DNA of 64,000 nt, taken from Antedon mediterranea. Taxonomy: Eukaryota > Animalia > Echinodermata. Positions 26,501-38,155 of this stretch are shown here, piece after piece. A program made the position numbers and the translations under genes. Within the stretch, counting starts at the first letter, position 1; the number at the start of each line of letters is the position of its first letter. Where the stretch lies: assembly GCF_964355755.1 (NCBI RefSeq), contig NC_092674.1, positions 4,216,001 to 4,280,000 on the forward strand, in the 5' to 3' direction. Under the pieces are notes generated by a model, which saw nothing but the letters and a program-made list of their open reading frames with translations, was not told the origin of the DNA and did no database searches.

Positions 26501-29500
26501 AAACTAATGGATAAGGTAAGTCACACTGTTTGTCTGTCTGACCGCAGTTCATGCATACATAGCTTAAGAAATGAGTTATCAATGAAATATTTTGGTAATG
26601 TTATGAAGTTTGTTTCTTCGTGCTACAGTAGTTAAGAATTTAAGCTCAGCAACTACCATTTTTATTTTGTGCCTCATTAGCTTTAAAAAATGAATAAAGA
26701 ATCATGGGTCTAATGTCAACTAGAGGGCTCTTCAAGGGTGCATACCTTCACCTATATTATAATTCCCCTATATAACATTCCGCCTGATATTTTTTATAAT
26801 TTTTGTGTCCTTGAACGTGAGTGAGTTGATGTATTATGGTTATATATCCAGCCTTTCGCTGTTGAGATTCTAAATTTAATTCAACCTCATAACCTCTCGC
26901 CATTATTTTATTATTATTATTATTTTATCTTCAAAAACCACACAATGTCACACTTAATCTTGATTTCAGGTGGATTGACCCATTTGTTAAATTAAAAATG
27001 TAATAATTTTATGGAACTTTGGTTTTTCTTTGTTGTTTGTTAACATGAATTAGACTAATTAGACTAATGAATAGATGCCCCAGGGTAACCCCAGAGATGG
27101 TACACTAAAATACAATGGATTACAAATTATTAATTATTCAACAGCTTAAACATTCAATGTGAGTGTAGCTTTCTAATTAAAAACTTAACCTGATAACCTT
27201 AATGAACAAACAAAATGGGATAAAAATAATATTTATTTAATTGTGTTTTCACAGGCAAAGGAAATGGTGAACTTGTCCAAGACAATAACAAACAAAATAA
27301 AAGAACGTCAAGGTAGCATTACAGAGAATGAGGTACAAATTTAACAAATATTTATGTAATATTTAGAAATAGCAGCTTTAACCATATTTTGTGGGGGGTT
27401 TTTTTTCGATCAAAATTGTGATGTAAATTCTGTATTTTTTACAGACAGTGCAATTTAAGTCATATCTCTTAAGCCTGGGCATTGACAATCCTGTCACAAG
27501 AGAGACTCATGGATCAGGATCCAACTATCACAAAGAACTTGCAAAACAGCTTGCAGAATTTCTCCAGAACCAGATCGAAGAGAACGGAGGCATGATGGCA
27601 TTGACCGATGCATATTGCAGAATCAACAGGGCAAGAGGTATGGAGGTAAGAGTGACAATCTATTATATGCACATAACCCGGTATTCATTAAAAACTATAC
27701 ATGGCTGCAGTGAGTCTGTTGTTTTTTTAAAAAATGTTGTCATTTATATAGCACTTTTAACAACAGAATGAAGTGATGTTTATGAATAAGTTCAAGTTTA
27801 TGAAAAGTTCATGTTTATGGATAAGTTCATGTTTGTGAATAAGTTCATGTTTGTGAATTAGTTCATGTTTGTGAATTCATCATGTTTGTGAATAAGTTCA
27901 TGTTTGTGAATAAGTTCAGGTTTGTGATTATGTTTATGGGTAAGTTCATGTTTATGGATAAGTTCATGTTTGCGAATAAGTTCATGTTTTTGAATTAGTT
28001 CAGGTTTGTGAATAAGCTCATGTTTGTGAATAAGTTTATGTTTGTGAATAAGTTTATGTTTGTAAATAAGTTTATGTTTGTGAATAAGTTCATGTTTGTG
28101 AGTAAGTTCATTTTTTATGAATAAATCATTGTTATAAAAAAAGAAATAAACTGAAATTAAAATATATAACAAATTGAATTACAAATATTTTAATTTGATT
28201 ATAGTTGCTGTCTCCCGATGACCTGGTAGATGCATGTAAACAGTTTGAGAATCTTAAGTGTCCATTAAGGTAAGATAAGACACATCACATGGTCAGTAAT
28301 TATACTAGTCTAGTTTTGTTCTCCCAAAACTGGACACTGCCAAGCTGACCAAGAATAGCTGGTTATTCCAAGTTAAGATAAGATATCTTTATTTGTCAAC
28401 GAGTGGAAATTATGATACTTGTCTCATACAAAGTTAAAACAGTAATGGAAACACAAATATAAAAACCATTAAATCCTAAAGTTATCAAAACCAATATCAA
28501 GTCATATCGAATACAATATCAGAAATGACTTTGCGGTTGTAATGTATGATACTGTGTTGTGGGAGAGTTAAATTGATAATAGTATGATTGGATTGAGGCA
28601 GGCTTATGATAGAGGAGAGACATTGCACACACAAAACAAACAGATGTTTGATCATTTTATTTTGACAGATTGCGTTCGTTTACAAGTGGTGTAATGGTTA
28701 TTGAACTGATATCAAAAGGAGAAGAACAAGTTATGCACGAATTAGAGGAATTGGTAAGACGTCAGTTTACAAAGGCTTATCCAATAAAACCTCTATTAAG
28801 GGGACACCTTTGGGACCCAAAAATATGTCTCCTTAATAGGAGTGTCAACTGAATAAGGGTATTTTTAAACTACATGTCTATGATAACTACCATAGTTGTG
28901 GTTAAACACAATTATTACAACAAATAATAATAATTGTCAATCTTCAAGAAGAATTTCTGTTGTTTTTTTATGATGATGATGGACAAATAAAGCATTTCAG
29001 TATTCAGTAAATAAGCTGTGTTTACATGGTTTTTGCTCTATCATAGTTAAATTGTGATCTATTGAGTTGTGGTTTAGCTTAGTCTGTGTTCAAACACAAA
29101 AAATACACCAGTTAAACATCAAACATCCCTATGATGAAAAGTGTTTATCTAGTGTTACATTCTGAAACCTATCCGAGTTAAAGTTACATCGCATGTATCT
29201 CTGAAACTCTGAAATAATAATCAATAATTATAAAAAGAAAAGATGATCAAATGCGCATTGTATCCAGAAATTTTCATATTAGAAGAAGTATATCAGGTAA
29301 ACAAGGTATAAAGCTATGTGATGTGCCCATATATGGACATGATGATGTCATAGCACTACCATATTTGGGCATATCACTACCATATATAAGCACATCACAC
29401 TTTTTTTTGTAAAACTAGTTTTGATAGTGTAGATAGAGCTTTAGACTTGTATCAGGTTAACAACGTATGAGATTTAACTGATCACACAACTCAAATGAAC

Positions 29501-29994
29501 TGGGTGTTTAGAACACTGTTAACTCTACTGCTGGTGGATTATATTATAGCTATATAATTGTTGTGGTTATCTTTTTTTGTAGCTGGAGAATCAAGGATCT
29601 CTGTCTGCAAATGACTTATCAAAACTTATTGGAATATCAATATCACTAGCTAAATCCAGGTGAGATATGAATGTATCAATAGATAATAAATGTAGGGGGT
29701 TGAGTTGATGGAGCTAGTGGGAGAAGATGGAGGCGAGGTACAGGTAGGAGAGTGCAGGAGGTATTCATTTAATTAAACATTTTTTAAAAAACATTTTAGG
29801 TTTGGAATATTTATTCCTGTAAGTCTGTAAATAAATTAAACTGCTCATAATATATTTTGGTTTTTACTTTTTTGTGATATTTAACTGTTTTTTCCTCTAG
29901 GCTGTTGGCTGCTGAAGATTCAAGTAAAGCCTGCCGGGATGAGACTGTGGAAGGCCTAAGATTTTACCCTAATAAATTTATAACTGCAAGTTGA
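20522..29994 (+). CDS. VPS36: Vacuolar protein-sorting-associated protein 36 (ESCRT-II subunit VPS36/EAP45), 12 coding exons, 380 aa
   Basis: Phase-consistent exons 20522-20617, 24570-24638, 24854-24924, 25922-26036, 26119-26193, 26399-26515, 27255-27332, 27445-27645, 28205-28269, 28669-28753, 29583-29659, 29901-29994. The translation MDRFQWSNG...[84 protein letters not shown] matches known VPS36 along its length. Confidence 0.97.
20892..24395. mobile_element. 3.5-kb non-autonomous DNA transposon in VPS36 intron 1 (MULE/Merlin-like termini)
   Basis: Imperfect TIRs of ~110 bp containing repeated atttcggccgcc (20892-21000 vs 24287-24395), termini GGT...ACC, exact 8-bp TSD aacaaaac (20884-20891, 24396-24403). 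No long ORF inside. Confidence 0.88.
21880..21896. mobile_element. P-element-like footprint (catggagt-t-actccatg) with a 7-bp TSD
   Basis: Palindrome flanked by gcctaca at 21873-21879 and 21897-21903. Confidence 0.6.
27775..28125. repeat. 18-bp minisatellite (tgaataagttcatgtttg) in VPS36 intron 8
   Basis: About 18-19 degenerate copies visible directly. Confidence 0.9.
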
Positions 29995-31065
29995 ATGCAC
30001 TATCACCAACTTATACTACTTTTATACTAACAGAATATCTAACAAGTGTTGTCATCTAAGATATTTTTTCACTTTCAAACATTAACAAGTTCATGACCTT
30101 TATTTAATATTAAGAGATTGGAATTTAACAGTTGATATAAGTATGACATGGCAAAGGTGCAAGATTAGGCTAAGAGCAGCAACAGCGCACAAGCGGACAA
30201 TATCATACTCTTGTTTCAGTTCACGGCTTAATGTTCCATCCAAAGGATTAGACATTATTAGTAAAGTAGAGGTCTGCTACTTGTCACCAAGACGATGCTG
30301 TCATTAACTCTGAACTCTTACACACATCCTTGAAAAAAATTTGATGTGCCCATATATGGATATGATAATGTCATATTATCACTACCATATTTGGGCGTAT
30401 CACTACCATATTTAGGCGTATCACTACCAAATTAATTTAGGCGTATCACTACTATATTTGTGCACATCACACTTTTTTTGATAGTGTGGACAGAGCTTAA
30501 CATTGCGACAATTCTTACTGGCAGGCTAAATACAGTATCGAGATAATCATGGACACATTTACAAAATCGTAAATATAAATTTGAAAAAATTGAAATTATA
30601 AACTATAATAATATATATAAAAATTATATATAAACTAAATTAATTTTCGTCTTATTTATCCCACTCTTGTATAGAATTAAAAGATATTCTATGAGTTTTA
30701 GAAATAAAAATGTTTGAAATTTGTAGAATGTATGATACATTTTTACAAATAGTAAACAGTAAATATATAGGGTTGTAGAAAGATAATTATTTTACGTACA
30801 GTACGGCGTTACGTGACCACACGTGTCGTTGCGTTAACGTTATGTAAGGTAAAGCGTGGTTCCCACTAGAACGCAACGTAACGCAGCGACGTATCGACGC
30901 AAAGTGCTGTATTGCGTAATCACAATTGGGAACCGACGACGCAATAGGGCTGCAAACATCATAGGTTTGATTTCACACAGGCGGGGGCAAACACAATGAT
31001 TCGAAGGGCATTTTCTTACGTTGCGTAGGTTGCGTTACGTTGCAAGTGGGAACCAAGCTTTATAT

Positions 31066-31205
31066 TACGTGGCGTTACTTGACACTAATCGGCTTTACGT
31101 GACATCACGCGGCGTTACTTGACATCACGCGGCGTTACGTGACATCACGCGGCGTACTTGACAGCATTACACGGCGTTACTTGACATCATCACGTGGCGT
31201 TACGT
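31066..31205. repeat. ~20-bp tandem repeat (tgacatcacgcggcgttact)
   Basis: About 6 degenerate copies adjacent to a family A MITE. Confidence 0.75.
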
Positions 31206-33510
31206 GTAGGCCTACTGATGTGAATTGTAGTCCCTATTCCAATATAGTGAGCCCCACCTTCGTGTATTATTCCTTTTCCTTCCACCACCGTAACCCTACC
31301 TGTGTGGTGATGTCACAGGCCGCGTTATTAGTATAATTATACCGGAAACAATTTTGCATCAAAAAAGATTTTTTACAATGAAATAGCGTTTGAAATTGCA
31401 GATACGTTACCTGAATATTGGACAAGTTAGAATTGCAGCGGATATTTAAAAAATCAATTATCGGTTTGGCGCCGTATGGAAGTTAGCAAAAATTAAAAAA
31501 ATACCGTTCAAAACATATCATCTTGCAATACAAATATGGTAATATTAAATTCGCTTGTTCTATTATACTAATCAAGTTGTCCGTTAATTTGTAAATAATA
31601 GAGCCTGAAATAGAACCCGTATGAAGAGCTATAATTAGGTTTAATATGCACTCTGATGATCGGTAGGCCTATAGACTGACCTCTTTAATATTTACCAGTA
31701 AAGTTGAGCCCACGTTCAATATCGTAACGGACAATAGAATAGGTATCAGGTTTCCATTTATTAAAAAATAGATAGCGATTCGTGTTACGGTGGTCACTTG
31801 TGATGTTGACAGTTCATACAATTGCTCCGGTAACCTGTATCCAAATTGGATGACGTCACTGCCCTAGATACGTCTCACGGTTACGGAAGCCCATTGTGGC
31901 CTGTCGAGTTCCGATGTGCATCTTGGAAGCGTCAGATCTTAGACGTTCATTTTAAGCTTCTGTACACCCTTGTATAAATATATTTATACGCGAAGAACAT
32001 ACGACAGCATTTAACCTGTCCGTTTGGGATTAACAGGTTGATACAGTTGGCGTTAAGCCAGAAACTAATATTGTGCAAGTTATTATCAAGGTAAGTTATT
32101 GCAATTATTCTGTCCGCTTACAATTTTTGTATTTTCATATTTTAACTATGGTTGTACGTTTCCGAAATAAAAATAAAATGAATGATAGGAACAATTTTAC
32201 CAGGTTTCCGCTGATATACATAAATATAAAAAATCTATATGTTAACAGTAATGTTTTCCTAAATTAATTTTAAAAATCTATCCGAAAAGAAAAAAGAGAA
32301 AAATGTGTTCTATATTTAAGTTGTCAACGCTCAATTTAAAATTTAAAATACAAATCTAAAAAATTAAAAAATAAATATCCGTCTTAAAAAGGTACCGTAT
32401 GTATTGAGATTTGGAAAATTATTTCAGAATTTATGTGAGGTTATTTTTTATTTCATTTTAATTTATTTGACAACTCATCTTGAACATTAAAGATGTATTG
32501 CCCCAAAAAACATGAAAAATGAAGATTAATTAAATCAGAGATTGAATAGGTTATTGTGTAGTTTTATTAAAGTTAATCACTTCTATATAAAAAAAAAACA
32601 TGAACAAATTCGACTGGCTGTTTAGCATGTTTTTGTCTACACAATATGATGTGCCTATATACGGACATGATGATGTCATATCCCTACCATATTTAGGCAC
32701 ATCCTACTTCTGTCAACTTGTTTGATAGTGTAGACAGAGCTTAAGTTTACAATTTTAATAGTTTTCCAATCTTTGGCAAGGTAATTGGAAGTTTGTCGAT
32801 AAATCCTGTCATCGAGTAAGTTCGGTTTGGTGACATTATTAATAGTAGTTTTGTGATTGAATTGCATTGCAAACATACTTTGGTACTTTAAGTTAAACAA
32901 TGTTAGATTTTAGTTTGCAGAAAATATTGATTATTGAAAAATAATTAATCAGTCTTGAAATAAAGGATCATTCGTTGATTGCTAAACTGTTCCAGTCAAC
33001 AATATCAATCACGTAAAATTCGATGAAATTTGTGAAATAATTGCTGAAAGTGTCAAGCTTAGTTCCTACTAGGACACAACGCAGGGACGTAAGCGCACCG
33101 CGAGTAATTTGACCAATCACGACGCGATCCGAAATGTCGCATGTGATTGGTCAACTCCTACGTCGTTACGTTGCGTCCAAAGTGGGAACCAAGCACGAAA
33201 TTACGGTACGGTCACTCGCGCATTTTCTGACCTGATCAAATATTGGCTAAACATTATTTTAACAACGCATGATTGAATATGATTATAATTTAACGGTGTC
33301 AAATTACGTATTAATAAAGTAGAAAAAAGTAAACAAATCCACTAGTACACGTACAATTCTTAACATGTAATTATATAAACTTATGTAAGCAGAGGACCTT
33401 GTCGAGCCGTAAAATGTGAAAAAAAAGTCAAAAAAATTCTACCGAACTTTAGAGTTAAAATAACGATAGTAAAACGATAGTGTAGAATTCTTTGCTAATA
33501 TACATGTACA

Positions 33511-33535
33511 CAGGGAGATGTAACACATCTCCCTG
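33511..33535. mobile_element. P-element-like footprint (cagggagatgt-aac-acatctccctg) with a 7-bp TSD
   Basis: Inverted 11-bp arms flanked by atgtaca at 33504-33510 and 33536-33542. Confidence 0.6.
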
Positions 33536-35099
33536 ATGTACATATAACGTCAAAATATTTAACGGAGTCCATAGTGGATTATGAATTTATATACAGATTT
33601 GCACATTTTAAGTAGCTATGTTTGCACAAAGGTGGGTGTTTACACATTTGAAGGCAAAATGTTTGCACAATGCGACTTTTGCACATTTCACGGCGCAGCA
33701 GATCTTCCCATAATTCATTTCCACCCAAACATTATTGCGTAATAACATCATCAACTTGACTAAAACATTCGATTCACATGTGCGCATGTCGTTTTTCGAT
33801 AGCCTATCGTATGAGTAGTGAAAGCAAATAATGTATAGCTCACTTTCATCGCCTTTCTTATCAGGGCTTGACTACATTAAAAGTGAAGTATTAGGCTTCA
33901 AAAAGACCATTGTTAATCTGCAGTAAGGAACCGAAACATATCGTACTAATCTCATCAGGTATGTAGGCATACTTTGTGTACTACATTAAACTTATATAGC
34001 ATATTAGTTAAGACGCAAGGACGTAGACGCAACGCAAGCGAGTTGACCAATCACACGTGACTGTGCGAATAATCTATCGCTTGTGATTGGTCAAATCATA
34101 TTGCGTTGCGTTACGTCCATGCGTTGCGTCCTAGTGGGAACCAAGCTTAAAAAGAGGTGGAGTACAATTAAAATAAGATTGAAAAAATGCAATAAAGTTC
34201 AAATTATCACCTTATATTGCAGTCTCACAAAAAAATATTTATTGTGTTTATTTCAGTACACAATTTAACCTTTTAGTACTTTAGTAAAGTAAGAATAAAT
34301 TTGTTTTGATAGAAACACGGTTTTGATTGATACAATAGGCTTATTTTGCACCGTTTTAAGATAAAATAAATGTTTACTTTTTTTGCCTTTTGATAGCCTA
34401 AATGGTCTTTGCCATAGGCATTCCCGGGTGTTTTCCCGCCTGAACTATTTATATTGTTCAGCTACCAATACATAATTGTAATATAAGAAATTTCGTTTGT
34501 AATTTTTTATTTGTCAACTGAAATCTTATATATTAATTGAAACTCTCTCAAGCCCGAGTAGGTCCTTGTAAGATGAGACACTGACACAGTGCGAGTTCGT
34601 GAACAAAATTCACTCCAACCTATATTCGATCAAGTAGCCTCCTTGATTTGAATACGGCCTACAATTCATTTATTTCTGGTTTATTGATTAAAAAACATTT
34701 TCATTTCCCTTTATACAATTCTTGTCTCTGAATTTACCAATGGTAAACAATACTATATATATTACAAAAAAAACCCATTAAAATACAACACAAACATAAA
34801 AAAAAAGTTCCACAGAAATAAATATAAATATGAAAATGGAGTCACCAAAAAGGGATGACGAAATATCGTTTAATGAATTAAATTAATTAACAGTATGTTC
34901 GATTTACGAAATGTTTCTGTGCAAAACTTATTACTGAAGCATATAACAGTGCGTCAAGTTTAACGACTCGTGGATAATAAAAACAATTATTATCATTTAC
35001 CATAACTCGATATTTACCAGAAATAATTATATATCAGCCTGTGCTTCCTTTGTTTTTATTTCTTTTATTGTAGTCTTGTCTATATTATAATTGTTTTTA

Positions 35100-35296
35100 T
35101 ATCTCAATTCTGTTCAAGTACTCTCACTTGCATGCACACTGATGAAGGGATAGTGTTGCCAGAAATATCTGCAAATTTGTCTGCCTGCTTTACTTTATCG
35201 TTAGATTTAGATTTCTGCTTATTTTTTTTGTATATCCATTCCAGCTACTGATACTACAACGTTGTAATTTCTTCAGTAATTTGCCTTTGGATTCAT
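35100..35296 (+). mobile_element. Degenerate Penelope-like element terminal fragment with a decayed minimal hammerhead
   Basis: ctgatga-agggatagtgttgcca-gaaa-tatc-tgcaa at 35139-35174, and the end ...cagtaatttgcctttggatt matches the copies at 37587-38088. Confidence 0.6.
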
Positions 35297-35340
35297 ATAA
35301 GATTTTTATATAAATAAATGATTTTTTCCCCTAAAACAGA

Positions 35341-37555
35341 ATGGCAAGTTTCATTAGTTTGAGGAAGGTTGTTTCGTGTCAACTAAGCAGAAGATGTATG
35401 TCTACGTCGACCCTTTTGAGACAGAGTAGCAATGGGCACTCTTATGGCGGTCTCTGCGATGGAAAGTCACAAAATAGATACCAACACAAACAGAAGCTTG
35501 ATCACGTGAGATACCAATCGTAAGTTGTAGCAGTTGTAGCGACATTCACACCCACTTAACACGTGGAGTAGAACATTTGAATGTAACAATACCTAAATAC
35601 ACCCTTAGTAAAATTAATTCGTCCTTTAAAGTTGCAGGCGCAAAAATATGGAACAGTTTACCAATTAATATTAAATCGGCACCAACAATTACGTCCTATA
35701 AGGCTAGATACAAATCTCATTTCTTTTCATAAACACTGTATTATATTTAATTAAGTTTTTCTTTTTGATTAAGACAGGACCACAATGTAAAACAGACACA
35801 CTGTTATCTGATTGTTTTATCCTGTATAAATATATTATTTATTATTATTATTATTTATAATTTATATTTAAAAAGTATACCGTTTTAGGCTCTGTCTACA
35901 CTCTCAAACTTTATGTAAAAAAAAATGTGATTTGGACACGATGATGTCATATTACTACAATATTTGGGCACATCACATTTTTTTCTCATAATTGTTGATA
36001 GTGTATACAGAGCTTTAGGCATATGTACCATTCGTTAGGTTTTGAAAATGGAAAGATAATTGTTTTATGAGCGCTTGGTTTAAAAACCTTACAGTGGGCA
36101 GTATTTTCCAATATTATAATAGTATATTTAATGTTCAAGTTTCACCGTCTGACGTAAATAATTAGAACGATCTTTTTTAAAATGTGGCATTTTCTATTTT
36201 ATTTGTATTTTGTTGACTTTTAGGACTTAGGCCTATGTACTTGTATATATGCTCATTTTTAATTTGTGCTGCAAAAAGCCGAACATATAGGCCTAATTAG
36301 TTATCTTTCGTTCATTCTAGAAATAAGCCGAAATCGGCTGACGATACGATAAGCGTCTCAATGTCAAACCGCCAGAGGTACATTAACAATAACGTACTGG
36401 AAACCATAGACCTATCACCTTTGGACGATATACACAAAGATGGTGTTTTCACACGCAACATTGAGAACTACATTGGTACCGTGAAGATTCCAATCGGGAT
36501 GGTCAACGTCGACGTAAATGGTATGTACGCCAAGGGATCTTTCTCTGTCCCTATGGCTACAACTGAAGCTGCATTAGTAGCTTCCTATTCCAGAGGCTGC
36601 AAATTGGTTTCTGTCTGCGGCGGAATCAACACCGTTGTCGTGGAGAAAACCGTTCAGCGAGCTCCAGAATTCCTGTTCGCTAACATTTCTGACGCAAACA
36701 TATTTTACCGGTGGTTTAACAGACCAGAAATGTTTGATAGAATTAAAAAGGCTGCGGAGACTACGACCAATTATGGAAAGCTAAAAAAGACCGCAGCTAC
36801 CTTACATGGTAATAAAGTACTTACTAAGTTTATGTACGAAACTGGTAACGCATCCGGACAAAATATTAGCACATTTGCTACCAATGTTGCTATTACGGAG
36901 TTTCTACAAGATTCTCCTATTCAACCGCAGAAATGGTGGCTGGATGCCGGCGGTTCGCAAGATAAGAAAGCGTCGAGTGGTCTTTTCAACAACTCCAGAG
37001 GTGTCTACGTCACTGGTGAAGTCATCTGCCCTAAAGATGCTGTTGAACAGATTTTGAAAACAACAGGTAGGCCTACTTATTTTAACCATCTTAATTTATA
37101 ATATTCCACGTTTTTTTTAAACTAATTTTTAAAAGCAACTACTATACTATATTATTTTATTTATTACAGTTGATAATTTGAATGAAATCAGCGAATCAGT
37201 GACGATTAGTCAGTATATGCAAGGAGTGACCGGTAAGTTGTCTCGTGGCAATTAATAACTGTACCTTTGTTTGCATTGCGCCCCGTCACGTTTTTCTACG
37301 AGGAGCAAACAACGAGTAACTAAATATATAATTTTACATGAAAAAATATATACAGAGTAGTACTGTTATCTTGTAGGGGGTGAAAAAGGATTTTACCAGT
37401 ACTGTGTTATCGGATAAGGCCCGACGTGGTTTTATAATTAATTTATAAAATTATAAATAAAGTATTGCAAGCTATACAATACTGTACTTTGTACTTCATT
37501 CTTAAGCTCTGTCTACACTATCAAACTTTATGTGACAAAAAATGTGATGTGCCCA

Positions 37556-37587
<32 letters not shown>

Positions 37588-38084
37588 AATCCAAAGGCAA
37601 ATTACTGAAAAAAATGACAATGCTGTGGGTATCAGTGGCTGGATCTCAATGGAGATACAAAAATAAAAAGCGAAAAGCTAAATCAAAACGATAAAGTAAA
37701 CAGCCAGAAAAGTTAGCAGAGCTTTCGGGCAACACTAGCCCTTCATCAGTGCAAGTGAAGGAATTTGGATAACGTCAGAGTATAAAGCTGGCAAGTGCTG
37801 CCTGGGTGGACAGGAATAAAAGAAAGAAATATATATATATATATATATATTTGTTTAGTCTCATTCCAAAATTGTTTATATCTCTACCAAGCTACCTTCT
37901 TTGTTTTCCACTCTTATTCAGACTCCACCCTGGCTCCCTTTGTTATATTTCTTTTATTCCTGTCCACCCAGGCAGCACTTGCCAGCTTTATACTATGACG
38001 TATACTTTTTATTTTTGTATCTCCATTGAGATCCAGCCACTGATACCCACAGCATTGTCATTTTTTTCAGTAATTTGCCTTTGG

Positions 38085-38155
<71 letters not shown>

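Noticed and set aside
27858-28172. His-rich ORF (HKHELI repeats) on the minus strand
   Set aside because: It is the translation of an 18-bp minisatellite in a VPS36 intron; no independent coding evidence.
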